Program-made: the position numbers and the translations under genes
The notes under the pieces: generated by a model
What the model saw: only the letters and a program-made list of their open reading frames with translations
Databases searched by the model: none
Told to the model about the DNA's origin: nothing
Assembly: GCA_019247515.1 (NCBI GenBank)
Contig: JAFAOS010000159.1
Location: 6,617 to 70,616, forward strand
Reading direction: 5' to 3'
Source of the DNA: Chloroflexota bacterium
Lineage (GTDB): Bacteria > Chloroflexota > UBA6077 > CF-72
Length of the DNA stretch: 64,000 bases
Shown here: positions 18,225-26,983 of the stretch, one piece after another
How positions within the stretch are numbered: the stretch's first letter is position 1
How the letters are laid out: each line of letters starts with the position of its first letter

Positions 18225-19241
18225 ATGATCATCGACATCCACGGTCACTACACGACCTACCCGCCGGGCGTGGAGGCGTACCGCGGCGCGCAGATCGCTC
18301 AGATGAGCGCCCCAGCCAGGGGCAAGATGAACGTCTCGGACGACGAGATCCGCCACAGCATCGAGACTGGCCAGCTCAAGGTTCAGCGCGAGCGTGGCAC
18401 CGACCTGACCCTGTTTTCGCCGCGCGCCAGCTGGATGGGCCACCACTTCGGCAACGCGCTCATCAGCCGCTACTGGATCGAACACACTAACGACCTGGTC
18501 TACCGCGTCCAGGAAATGTTCCCAGACAACTTCGTCGGCGTGTGCGCTCTGCCACAGTCGCCCGGCACCGACCTGAAAAACAGCATCGCCGAGCTCGAGC
18601 GGTGCGTGAACGAGCTGGGCTTCGTGGGCTGCAACCTGAGCCCGGACACCTCGGGCGGCTACTGGCAGGAACCGCCGCTGACCGACCGTTACTGGTATCC
18701 GATGTACGAAAAGCTCGTGGAGCTCGACGTGCCGGCCATGGTGCACGTCAGCGCGACGTGCAATCCAGCCTTTCACCAGACCGGTTCGCACTACCTGAAC
18801 GCGGACACCACGACGTTCATGCAGCTGGTGCAGCGCCCGCAGATCTTCAAAGACTTCCCGACACTGAAGCTGATCATTCCACACGGCGGCGGCGCGGTGC
18901 CGTACCACTGGGGCCGCTACCGGGGGATGAACCTGGACATGGGCCGGCCGGAGCTCGACGAGCTGATCATGGGCAACGTCTGGTTCGATACGTGCGTCTA
19001 CCACCAGCCAGGCATTGACCTGCTGTTCAAGGTCATCCGGCTGGAAAACCTGATGTTCGCCTCCGAAATGATCGGCGCGGTGCGCGGCAAAGACCCGGAC
19101 ACCGGCTTTTATTTCGACGACACCAAGCGCTACGTCGACAACATCGGTCTATCCGAATCTCAGGCATCCAAAGTCTTCGAGGGCACCGCCCGACAAGTCT
19201 TTCCCCGCCTCGATGCCCGTCTGAAAGCGCGTGGTCACTAG
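18225..19241 (+). CDS. Amidohydrolase-2 family hydratase/decarboxylase (recalled resemblance to LigJ-type 4-oxalomesaconate hydratase)
   Basis: MIIDIHGHYT metal-binding start, IAELERCVNELGFVGCNL, PLTDRYWYPMYEKLVELDVPAMVHVS, IIPHGGGAVPYHWGRYRG and FDTCVYHQPGI. The track ORF starts at ATG 18177 inside the palindrome, and 18225 fits the family N-terminus better. Confidence 0.75.
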   Translation: MIIDIHGHYTTYPPGVEAYRGAQIAQMSAPARGKMNVSDDEIRHSIETGQLKVQRERGTDLTLFSPRASWMGHHFGNALISRYWIEHTNDLVYRVQEMFPDNFVGVCALPQSPGTDLKNSIAELERCVNELGFVGCNLSPDTSGGYWQEPPLTDRYWYPMYEKLVELDVPAMVHVSATCNPAFHQTGSHYLNADTTTFMQLVQRPQIFKDFPTLKLIIPHGGGAVPYHWGRYRGMNLDMGRPELDELIMGNVWFDTCVYHQPGIDLLFKVIRLENLMFASEMIGAVRGKDPDTGFYFDDTKRYVDNIGLSESQASKVFEGTARQVFPRLDARLKARGH

Positions 19242-19247
19242 CGTCGC

Positions 19248-20891
19248 ATGAAGGCGGAGGAGATGCGGCTGGGACCGCTCCTCAACGGACCGAAGCAGTA
19301 TGTCGTCCCCTACTTCCAACGCGCGTACAGCTGGCGGCGCCGCCAGTGGACGACGCTCTTCGACGACATCCTCGAGCTGTACGAGCTCAATTCCATGAAC
19401 TCGCACTTCCTGGGCTCGATGGTGCTCCTGGCAGAACACAACGAGGCGGACCCCATTCCCCACACGCTGGTCATCGACGGCCAGCAACGCATCGTCACGC
19501 TGTCCCTGTTCCTGTCTGCCATCCGCGACGTCGCGCGCGATTCGGACGCCGAGTTCGCCGAACACCTGCACTCGACATACCTGATCAACCACGACCCGGA
19601 AAGCGTCAAAGTCCTCACCACGCACGGGGATCGAGACGCCTTCATCACCGTCGTCCAGAACCGCACGGAGCCGGCCGCATCGCCGATCCGCGACGGCTAT
19701 CGCACGTTCAAGGAAGCCCTCCAGGAGCAGGTCGACAACGGCGTCGACCTGGACCGACTGGTCCACATCGTCGTCTCCCAATTGTCATTCGTGGCCATCA
19801 CGCTGGATGCGGAGGACAACCCGTACCGCATCTTCGAGAGCCTGAATGCCAAAGGCATGCCGCTCACCCAGGGCGACCTGCTGCGCAATTACTTTTTCAT
19901 GCGCCTGCCGCCGGGCGAGCACGAGCGCTGGTACACCACCGTCTGGTCGCCGATGCAGGCGCGCCTGGGCGATCGCTTCGACGACTACATGCGCGATTTC
20001 CTGCTGAAGGAAGGTCAGCCGGTCCGTCCGGACGAGGTCTACCAGGAGTGGCGCAAACGTCTCGGACCCCTGGACGAAGAAGGTATCCGCGACGTCCTCC
20101 GCGACCTGGCGGCCTGGTCACTGGAGTACGACCAGATCCTGCACCCGCAGCGCGAGGCTGACGCCGAGGTTCGCAAGCGACTCCAGCGGCTGACCACGTG
20201 GTCGAGGAGCGTGCCATATCAGTTCAATCCGCTGCTGCTGCGCGTGCACGCCGATTATCGGCGCGGCGGACTGAGCGCGGCGCAGGTCACGCGCCTGTTT
20301 CTCGCGATCGAATCGCTCATGGTCCGCCGGCTGTTCACTGGCGCTCCATCGCGCGATGACAACCAGTTGCTGATCGAGATCTACAACGGGGTGGCCTCGG
20401 CGGACGATCGCAGCGAGGCGTTCGTCGAGTCGCTGGCGAAGCCGCAGCTCGGCTGGCCGGATGACGACGACTTCGTCGAAGGCATTGTGCGCCATCCGCT
20501 GTACTTTGCGAGTCATCCGGATCAACGCAAGCTGGTGGCCGAGGCGCTCGAGGAGAGCTACGCGCACCGCTCCCCGGTGCGCTACGAGCAACTGGACCTC
20601 CAGCTCATAACCCCGCTGCTGCCCCGCGCCGACTGGCTCGCCGAGCTTGGCGTCGGCGAAGAGCAGTACTGGAAGATCATCGGCACGCTCGGCAATTTCA
20701 CGTGGGTGCCGCGCGGACGCGCGCCGGACCTGGGCGTGGCCGAGCGGAAAAAGGAATTGCTGCGCATGACCCGCTACGGCCTGGAGCTGGTGAAAGACTT
20801 CGCCCAGATCGAGCGCTGGACCGCCGACGCCGTCGAGCAGCGCTCGCAACGACTGGCCGAGCGCGCCGTCCAGGTATGGCCGCGTGCGTAA
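19248..20891 (+). CDS. DUF262 (ParB/Srx-fold NTPase) protein of GmrSD-like architecture, with an apparently degenerate C-terminal DUF1524-like region
   Basis: 547 aa. QYVVPYFQRAYSW and VIDGQQRIVTLSLFLSAI are the DUF262 signatures. The C-terminus LDLQLITPLLP...GNFTWVPRGRAPDLGVAERKKELL aligns by eye to the DUF1524 (D/E)HIxP...GNLTLL...N...K pattern, but without the His and Asn residues. Confidence 0.7.
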   Translation: MKAEEMRLGPLLNGPKQYVVPYFQRAYSWRRRQWTTLFDDILELYELNSMNSHFLGSMVLLAEHNEADPIPHTLVIDGQQRIVTLSLFLSAIRDVARDSDAEFAEHLHSTYLINHDPESVKVLTTHGDRDAFITVVQNRTEPAASPIRDGYRTFKEALQEQVDNGVDLDRLVHIVVSQLSFVAITLDAEDNPYRIFESLNAKGMPLTQGDLLRNYFFMRLPPGEHERWYTTVWSPMQARLGDRFDDYMRDFLLKEGQPVRPDEVYQEWRKRLGPLDEEGIRDVLRDLAAWSLEYDQILHPQREADAEVRKRLQRLTTWSRSVPYQFNPLLLRVHADYRRGGLSAAQVTRLFLAIESLMVRRLFTGAPSRDDNQLLIEIYNGVASADDRSEAFVESLAKPQLGWPDDDDFVEGIVRHPLYFASHPDQRKLVAEALEESYAHRSPVRYEQLDLQLITPLLPRADWLAELGVGEEQYWKIIGTLGNFTWVPRGRAPDLGVAERKKELLRMTRYGLELVKDFAQIERWTADAVEQRSQRLAERAVQVWPRA

Positions 20892-21645
20892 GCCGCTCGT
20901 CGTCGGCAACTGGAAAATGAACACGCTCCGCGAGGAAGCATCGACGCTGGCGCGCTCGCTCGTGGAGTCGTTGTCGAGCGCCCGTCAAGTGGAGGTGGTC
21001 GTCGCGCCGCCCTTTCCCTGGCTCACCGACGTCGCCGCCATCCTCCACGGCAGTCCGCTGAGACTTGCCGCCCAGAACATGCACACCGAGGTCGGCGGCG
21101 CCTATACCGGCGAGGTCTCTCCCCGCATGCTCAGAGGTCTGTGCGAGTACGTCCTCGTCGGCCAGTACGAGCGCCGCATCCTGTTTGGCGACAAGGAGGC
21201 GATCGTCCGCCGCAAGTTGCACTCCGCCCAGGAGCAGGGCCTGACACCTATCCTGTGCGTCGGCGAAGACGCCGACCAGCTCGACGAAGGGCTCGGGCTC
21301 GTCGTCGTGGCTGAACAGGTGGAAGCAGACCTGGACGGCGCCCGAATCGACGACAAACTGGTGATCGCCTACGAGCCATCCTGGACGACGATGGGCCGCG
21401 TGGCTCCGCCCCCGGTGTCCTACGTTGTGGATGTCGTGGGCCACATCCGCGACACGCTGACCATGCTGTACTCCCAGGACGTGGCGGATCAGACGCGGGT
21501 GATCTATGGCGGCCAGGTCAATCCGCGCAACATCGAGGAAATCGCCGCCCAGGCCCAGGCCGGCATCGACGGCGTGCTCGCCAGCACGGCCAGCACCAAC
21601 GCGCCGAACTTCACGACGCTGGTCAAAGCCTTCGCGCCCCAATGA
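20884..21645 (+). CDS. Triosephosphate-isomerase-fold protein, divergent paralog (catalytic His replaced; function uncertain)
   Basis: 253 aa from a GTG start. VVGNWKMN, GAYTGEVS and IAYEP are conserved. However, VGQYERR replaces IGHSERR, PSWTTMGR replaces PVWAIGTG, YGGQV replaces YGGSV, and DGVLASTAS replaces DGxLVGGASL. It overlaps the upstream gene by 8 nt and the downstream gene by ATGA. Confidence 0.75.
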   Translation: MRKPLVVGNWKMNTLREEASTLARSLVESLSSARQVEVVVAPPFPWLTDVAAILHGSPLRLAAQNMHTEVGGAYTGEVSPRMLRGLCEYVLVGQYERRILFGDKEAIVRRKLHSAQEQGLTPILCVGEDADQLDEGLGLVVVAEQVEADLDGARIDDKLVIAYEPSWTTMGRVAPPPVSYVVDVVGHIRDTLTMLYSQDVADQTRVIYGGQVNPRNIEEIAAQAQAGIDGVLASTASTNAPNFTTLVKAFAPQ

Positions 21646-23996
21646 ACACCGGCGCCGGCGGCGGCTTTATCGGTCGGCCGCTGCCGCGCTTCGAAGACGC
21701 GCGTCTGGTGCGCGGCGCTGGGCAGTTTACCGACGATTTCAGGTACCCGAACCAGGCGTTTGCCGCCTTCGTCCGCTCACCCCATGCGCATGCCCGCATC
21801 GTGAAAATCGACGCAACCAGCGCGCAAGCCGCGCCCGGCATACTGGCCGTCCTCACTGGCGCTGACTACCTGGCCGACGGCTACACGGGCATCGCGCATG
21901 CCGCGCTGCCCACCGACGCGGTCAACCCGCGCAGCCCCGCCTTTCAGTACCCCGCCGACAAGCCGCCCTTCGACCAGCCGCAACTTCCACTGGCGGTGGA
22001 CCGCGTGCGGCATGTCGGCGAGCCTGTCGCGCTGGTCATCGCCGAAACCGCCGCGCTTGCCCGCGACGCCGCGGACCTGGTGCACGTCGACTACGCGGTC
22101 CAACACGCGGTTGCCGACATCGGCGAGGCGCTCCAGCCTGGCGCGCCATCCGTCTGGGACGCCGTCCCTGACAACGTCGCCCTCGACGGCGAACACGGTG
22201 AGCGGACCGCCACCCAAGCCGCGTTGCATGCCGCCGAGATTGTCGTCGGGCACGAGTTCCGCAGCCAGCGCATCGCCAATGCCCAGATGGAGCCGCGCTC
22301 GGCCATCGGCGTCTACACGCCCGAGACCGACAGTTTCCTGATGGTCGCCGGCAGCCAGGGTGTCAGCCGCCAGCACTCCGCGCTGGCCGCCACCCTGCAC
22401 GTACCGCTCGAGCGCGTGCGCGTGATCTCGCCCGATGTCGGCGGCGGCTTTGGCCCGCGCTCGTACCTGCAGGCCGAACAGGTAGTCGTGGTCTGGGCCG
22501 CGCGACGCGTCGGCCGACCGGTCCGCTGGACCAGTACCCGCGCCGAGGCCTTCCTGGGCGACCACCAGGGGCGTGACTCGATGGCCACCCTGCGGCTCGG
22601 CCTCGACCACACCGGCCGCATCCACGCGCTGGCGGCCGACTGTGTCTACAACCTGGGCGCGCATACCGTCGGCGGCTACGTGCCCATCGCCAATTTTTCA
22701 CGCATCCTGTCCAGCATCTACGCCATCCCGCACGCGTTCGTGCGCATGCGCGGGGTGCTGACGCATACCGGCTGCACTGGTCCGTTCCGAGGCGCCGGTC
22801 GGCCGGAGGCCATGTTCATGCTCGAGCGCTTGCTGGACATGGCCGCCGAACGGACGGGCATCGACCGTGTGGAGCTCCGCCGCCGCAACCTGATCCGACA
22901 CGATCAACTGCCGTACTCCACCCCGCTGGGGCTGATCTACGACAGCGGCGATTTCGTCCACAACATGCAGAACGCCCTCGACCTCGCGGACTGGAGCAGC
23001 TTTCCCCAACGACGCGCCGAAGCACAGGCCCGCGGCCGGTACGCGGGCATCGGCATGGCCAATTACGTGGAGGCGCCGGTTGGCGCGCCGCACGAGCGGG
23101 TGAAGGCGACGGTGTTGTCGAGCGGCGCGGTCGAGCTTGTCGCGGGAACGCAATCGACTGGCCAGGGCCACGAAACTAGCTTCGCCCAGGTCGCGGCCGA
23201 CCAGCTCGGTGTTACTCCGCAGCAGGTCCGGCTGATCACCGGCGACACGCGCGTCGTAACCTCGGGCGGCGGCACGCACTCCGACCGATCCATGCGTCTG
23301 GCCGGCACGCTGATCGTGGACGCCTGCGGTCAGATCCGCGAGCGTTCGCGGCAGGTCGCCGCCAACCTGCTGGAGGTCGCCCCCGAGGACCTCGTCTACC
23401 AGAACGCCGGCTGGTCTGCCGCTGGCACGGACCGTCGCGTGTCGCTCTTCGAAGCCGCCCGCACGGACGAGATCAGCGCGGAGGCAACCTTCACCGGTCG
23501 CATTCCCGCACACCCCACCGGTTGCGCGGTGTGCGAGGTGGAGGTGGACTCTGAGACCGGCGCCATCACGCTGAGTCGCTACACGGCGGTCGACGACGTG
23601 GGCCAACCGATCAATCCACTGATCCTCCACGGGCAGGTTGCGGGCGGCATTGCCCAGGGCATCGGCCAGGCTCTCTCCGAACACACGCGGTATGAACCTG
23701 GCAGCGGACAGCTCCTCACGAGCAGCTTTCTGGACTACGCCATACCGCGCGCGAGTGGAGTACCGGATTTCCTCCTGGAGTTGACCGAAGACCCGACACC
23801 TGGTAATCCACTGCGCGTGAAAGGCGGCGGCGAAGCGGGCATCACCCCGTGTCTCGCGGCGGTGGTCAATGCGCTGGTTGACGCGCTGCGACCCCTCGGC
23901 ATTCGTCACCTGGAGATGCCGGTCACCTCGGCGCGGATCCGTGCCGCGATTGCTCAGGCCCAGGACGGCGCACCGGAGGCCATCGCCTCCTCGTAG
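21642..23996 (+). CDS. Molybdopterin-dependent hydroxylase large subunit (xanthine dehydrogenase / CoxL form-II-like family), no adjacent FeS or FAD subunits
   Basis: 784 aa with IGRPLPRFEDARLVRGAGQFTDD, FVRSPHAHARIVKID, the active-site loop PFRGAGRPEAMFMLERLLD, and GGGEAGITPCLAAVVNAL. Confidence 0.85.
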   Translation: MNTGAGGGFIGRPLPRFEDARLVRGAGQFTDDFRYPNQAFAAFVRSPHAHARIVKIDATSAQAAPGILAVLTGADYLADGYTGIAHAALPTDAVNPRSPAFQYPADKPPFDQPQLPLAVDRVRHVGEPVALVIAETAALARDAADLVHVDYAVQHAVADIGEALQPGAPSVWDAVPDNVALDGEHGERTATQAALHAAEIVVGHEFRSQRIANAQMEPRSAIGVYTPETDSFLMVAGSQGVSRQHSALAATLHVPLERVRVISPDVGGGFGPRSYLQAEQVVVVWAARRVGRPVRWTSTRAEAFLGDHQGRDSMATLRLGLDHTGRIHALAADCVYNLGAHTVGGYVPIANFSRILSSIYAIPHAFVRMRGVLTHTGCTGPFRGAGRPEAMFMLERLLDMAAERTGIDRVELRRRNLIRHDQLPYSTPLGLIYDSGDFVHNMQNALDLADWSSFPQRRAEAQARGRYAGIGMANYVEAPVGAPHERVKATVLSSGAVELVAGTQSTGQGHETSFAQVAADQLGVTPQQVRLITGDTRVVTSGGGTHSDRSMRLAGTLIVDACGQIRERSRQVAANLLEVAPEDLVYQNAGWSAAGTDRRVSLFEAARTDEISAEATFTGRIPAHPTGCAVCEVEVDSETGAITLSRYTAVDDVGQPINPLILHGQVAGGIAQGIGQALSEHTRYEPGSGQLLTSSFLDYAIPRASGVPDFLLELTEDPTPGNPLRVKGGGEAGITPCLAAVVNALVDALRPLGIRHLEMPVTSARIRAAIAQAQDGAPEAIASS

Positions 23997-24844
23997 CTCC
24001 GCCGCTGGCGCTCCACCGCCTGAACGGTGTTGCTCAACAGGATCGCCACGGTCATCGGTCCGACGCCGCCGGGCACGGGCGTGATCCAGCCCGCGACGTC
24101 GACGACGCTGTCAAAATCCACGTCGCCCACGATGCGATCCGCCACCTGATTGATGCCAATGTCGATCACCGCGGCGCCCGGTTTCACCATGTCGCCGGTG
24201 ATCAGGCCAGGCTTGCCGACCGCCACGAACAACGCCTCCGCGCGCCGGGTGTGGATCGCCAGATTGCGTGTTTCGTGGTGACAGATCGTGACGGTCGCGA
24301 ACTCTTCCATCAACTGCAGCGCGATGGGCTTGCCGACGATTTCCGAATGGCCGACGATCACGACCTCCAGTCCGCGCAGGTCCAGCCCGGTCGACTTCAG
24401 CAGCGCCACGGACGCCCGGGCCGTACAGGGTCCCAGCGCGGAGCCGCCGTACACGATGTTGCCGATATTGGCCGCGTTCATGCCCTCGACGTCTTTGTCT
24501 GGATGGATGGAGTTCTGCAGGTACTTCAGGTCCAGGTGACTCGGCACCGGTCGCTGGAGAATGATCCCGGTCACCCGCGGATCGACGTTCAGCGCGGAGA
24601 TCGCCGCGCGCAGCTCCTGCTGCGTGACGTCGGCGGTGTAGGAGCGATCCTCAAAGGCGATCCCCACCTGGGTGCAGGCGCGCTGCTGATTGCGGACATA
24701 CAGCGCCGTCGCCTCGATACCGCCAACGGCAATTGAGACCAGCTTCTGGTGCCAACCCAGCTCGCGCAGGACCCCTACCCGCGCGCGGATCTCGCCGCGC
24801 AGGGCGCGAGCCTGCAGTCGCCCGTCGATCAGTTTGTACGACAT
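23954..24844 (-). CDS. folD: Bifunctional 5,10-methylene-THF dehydrogenase / methenyl-THF cyclohydrolase
   Basis: 296 aa with LIDGRLQARALRGEI, VVIVGHSEIVGKPIALQL and PVPGGVGPMTVAILL. It converges on the preceding gene with a 43-nt overlap. Confidence 0.92.
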   Translation of the reverse strand: MSYKLIDGRLQARALRGEIRARVGVLRELGWHQKLVSIAVGGIEATALYVRNQQRACTQVGIAFEDRSYTADVTQQELRAAISALNVDPRVTGIILQRPVPSHLDLKYLQNSIHPDKDVEGMNAANIGNIVYGGSALGPCTARASVALLKSTGLDLRGLEVVIVGHSEIVGKPIALQLMEEFATVTICHHETRNLAIHTRRAEALFVAVGKPGLITGDMVKPGAAVIDIGINQVADRIVGDVDFDSVVDVAGWITPVPGGVGPMTVAILLSNTVQAVERQRRSYEEAMASGAPSWA

Positions 24845-24847
24845 GCC

Positions 24848-25351
24848 TCAACCGCCGAGCCCACGCAGGACCTTCGGCGCGAGCAGCCAGACCAGCCGTG
24901 CCGTGCCAGGTCGCAGCCCTTCGCCGATCTCGAGCCGGGCGACGCCGCCTTTTCGAAACTCGACCTGCAGCTGCCGCGTGTCGCCCGTCAGCAAGTACGA
25001 GACCAGCTCGTGCATGCTCGGCTCGTGTCCAACCAGCGCCACCGCCAACGCGCGGCCGTGGCCCTGCACCGCCAGCAACACCCCAGCCGGCGTGCCACCC
25101 GGCTCGAGCGGCTGACAGACGACTGGCTTCGGCCACTTCGCGTCCGACGCAAGCAGCTCCGCGGTGCGCCACGCCCGACTCAGCGGACTGCTGAGCACGC
25201 GATCGACCGACGGGGCCACCCTGGCCAGGCCTCTGGCTGCTCGCTGAAAGCGCTTTTCGCCGGCAGGTGTCAGCGGGCGATCCCGATCGTCGGGCCAGCG
25301 CTTCGCGTCCGCGTTGTACGCGACGCCATGGCGTACCAGGTACAGGTCCAT
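24848..25351 (-). CDS. sixA: Phosphohistidine phosphatase SixA-type (histidine phosphatase superfamily)
   Basis: 167 aa with the MDLYLVRHG catalytic RHG motif, LSSPLSRAWRTAELL and LVGHEPSM. Confidence 0.75.
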   Translation of the reverse strand: MDLYLVRHGVAYNADAKRWPDDRDRPLTPAGEKRFQRAARGLARVAPSVDRVLSSPLSRAWRTAELLASDAKWPKPVVCQPLEPGGTPAGVLLAVQGHGRALAVALVGHEPSMHELVSYLLTGDTRQLQVEFRKGGVARLEIGEGLRPGTARLVWLLAPKVLRGLGG

Positions 25352-25372
25352 ACCGCCTGATTGTGCCCGACT

Positions 25373-26107
25373 CTACGGCAGCTCTAACATCGGCGGGTCA
25401 GCCACCGCGTCGCACGTGGCCATGACCTGCACCAGCGGCTCGATAACCCGGCACAGCACGTCGAAGACCTCCGCCACTGACCCGCGCGCGTCGACGGTGG
25501 TGAACGCGTGCTCGACCGCCAGCCGCCGAAATTCGGCGAGCAATCGCGTCTGGTGCTCCACAAAATTGCGGTACACGTCCGGACCCGGCAAATAGTCCTG
25601 ACCGGACTCCCAGTAGTCGAATCCGGTGGTGCTCAGCACGCGCGGCACCAGGTGCTCGATGTCAATATCCAGGTACACGACCAGGTCCGGCACCAGCGCA
25701 AAACCGTACAGGTTCTCGATCCACTCCGCCGACAGACCTCGCACGCGGGCGCGAGCCATCAGCGAGAAGATGTAGCGGTCCACCAGCGCCACCATGCCAG
25801 CGCGCAGCGCGGGCAGGATCTGCCGCTCCATCCGGTCGGCGAAGTCCGTGGCGTACAACAGGTTCAGCGTCAACGGGTCCAGCGTGTTGCCGCGCTTGGC
25901 GCGCTCAATCCCGCGTCCCGCCAGCTCGGACCGCCGCAGTCCGGTGTTGACCACCGGAAAACCGCGCGACTCCAGCCACTCCTTGAGCAGTGAGATGTGT
26001 GTCGAGCGCCCCACGCCATCGGTGCCTTCGATGACGATCAGACGCCCTGGCAACGGGCTGTCCTTCACGCCCGGCGGCGACGCGCCGTAGAAGCGCGGCA
26101 CGGTCAT
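25373..26107 (-). CDS. Thymidylate-kinase-like P-loop protein, atypical Walker A (GVGRST)
   Basis: 244 aa. GRLIVIEGTDGVGRSTHISLL has Arg in place of the Walker-A Lys. A DRY motif (VALVDRYIFS) is present. ATGA overlap with the upstream paralog. Confidence 0.7.
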   Translation of the reverse strand: MTVPRFYGASPPGVKDSPLPGRLIVIEGTDGVGRSTHISLLKEWLESRGFPVVNTGLRRSELAGRGIERAKRGNTLDPLTLNLLYATDFADRMERQILPALRAGMVALVDRYIFSLMARARVRGLSAEWIENLYGFALVPDLVVYLDIDIEHLVPRVLSTTGFDYWESGQDYLPGPDVYRNFVEHQTRLLAEFRRLAVEHAFTTVDARGSVAEVFDVLCRVIEPLVQVMATCDAVADPPMLELP

Positions 26108-26946
26108 TCGTCAGGTTCCGCCAGTTCGCGGCTTTCCGACTGCTGATGGCCGATCCGCCCGGCGGCGTGGAGCGAGTCCGCTGGCGACGGATTCGGCAAA
26201 CGCAATGCACCTTCCAGGTACGGTCGCACCATCTCGCGCATGCGCTGCTGCTGATGGATCAGACTCTCGGTCGCATCCAGTCGCAACAGACCGTACTCCG
26301 ACACCACGCACTCGTACTCCTGGCGGATCAATCCCTGGAATCGACGGAACGATTCGTACGGGTCGCTGCTGAGCCCCAGGTCCAGTCCAGCTTCGTAGAA
26401 CTTCAATTCGGGCCGACCCAGCGTGATCCGCCGCATCGCCTCGTCGAGCGGCACGTCGAAGTAGAACGCCAGCGTCGGGGGCACCGCGAACGAGTACAGC
26501 CGCCGCAGCCAGGCGCGATTGAGACCGCGCACCGCGTCGCGCGCGTACGCCGTATAGACATACCGATCGGCGAGCACCACGGCGCCCGACTGCAGCGCCG
26601 GCAAGATCTGACTGTAGGTCCGACTGGCGAGATCAGCCGCGTGGATCAGGCTGAACGACATCGGCGACAGCAGCTGCTGGCGCTTGCCCACGCGGGTAAT
26701 GCCTTTGACGATGGGTGACGAGTTCCACTCGCTGAATATGACCAGGTAGCCCTGGTTGACGAGCCATTTGCGCAGCAGGTCCAGCTGCGTGCTCTTGCCC
26801 GAGCCGTCGATGCCCTCGACGACAATGAGGCGCCCCGGCGAGGCCCCTTCTCCGTCCCTGGAAACTGCTCGTCGATACGCGTTCTGGCGACCGTCAGCGG
26901 CGAGGGAACCGTTCGCCGGTGACAGCTCGCCACCCGTGGAATGCAC
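26104..26946 (-). CDS. Thymidylate-kinase-like P-loop protein, canonical Walker A
   Basis: GRLIVVEGIDGSGKSTQLDLL and VVLADRYVYTAYA. The start is uncertain: GTG 26946 avoids overlap with ppx, ATG 27063 would overlap it by 80 nt, and the track ORF runs to 27165. Confidence 0.7.
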   Translation of the reverse strand: MHSTGGELSPANGSLAADGRQNAYRRAVSRDGEGASPGRLIVVEGIDGSGKSTQLDLLRKWLVNQGYLVIFSEWNSSPIVKGITRVGKRQQLLSPMSFSLIHAADLASRTYSQILPALQSGAVVLADRYVYTAYARDAVRGLNRAWLRRLYSFAVPPTLAFYFDVPLDEAMRRITLGRPELKFYEAGLDLGLSSDPYESFRRFQGLIRQEYECVVSEYGLLRLDATESLIHQQQRMREMVRPYLEGALRLPNPSPADSLHAAGRIGHQQSESRELAEPDE

Positions 26947-26983
26947 TGGGAGAGGCGACAGGAGCGATGCCGCCAGGTCGACC

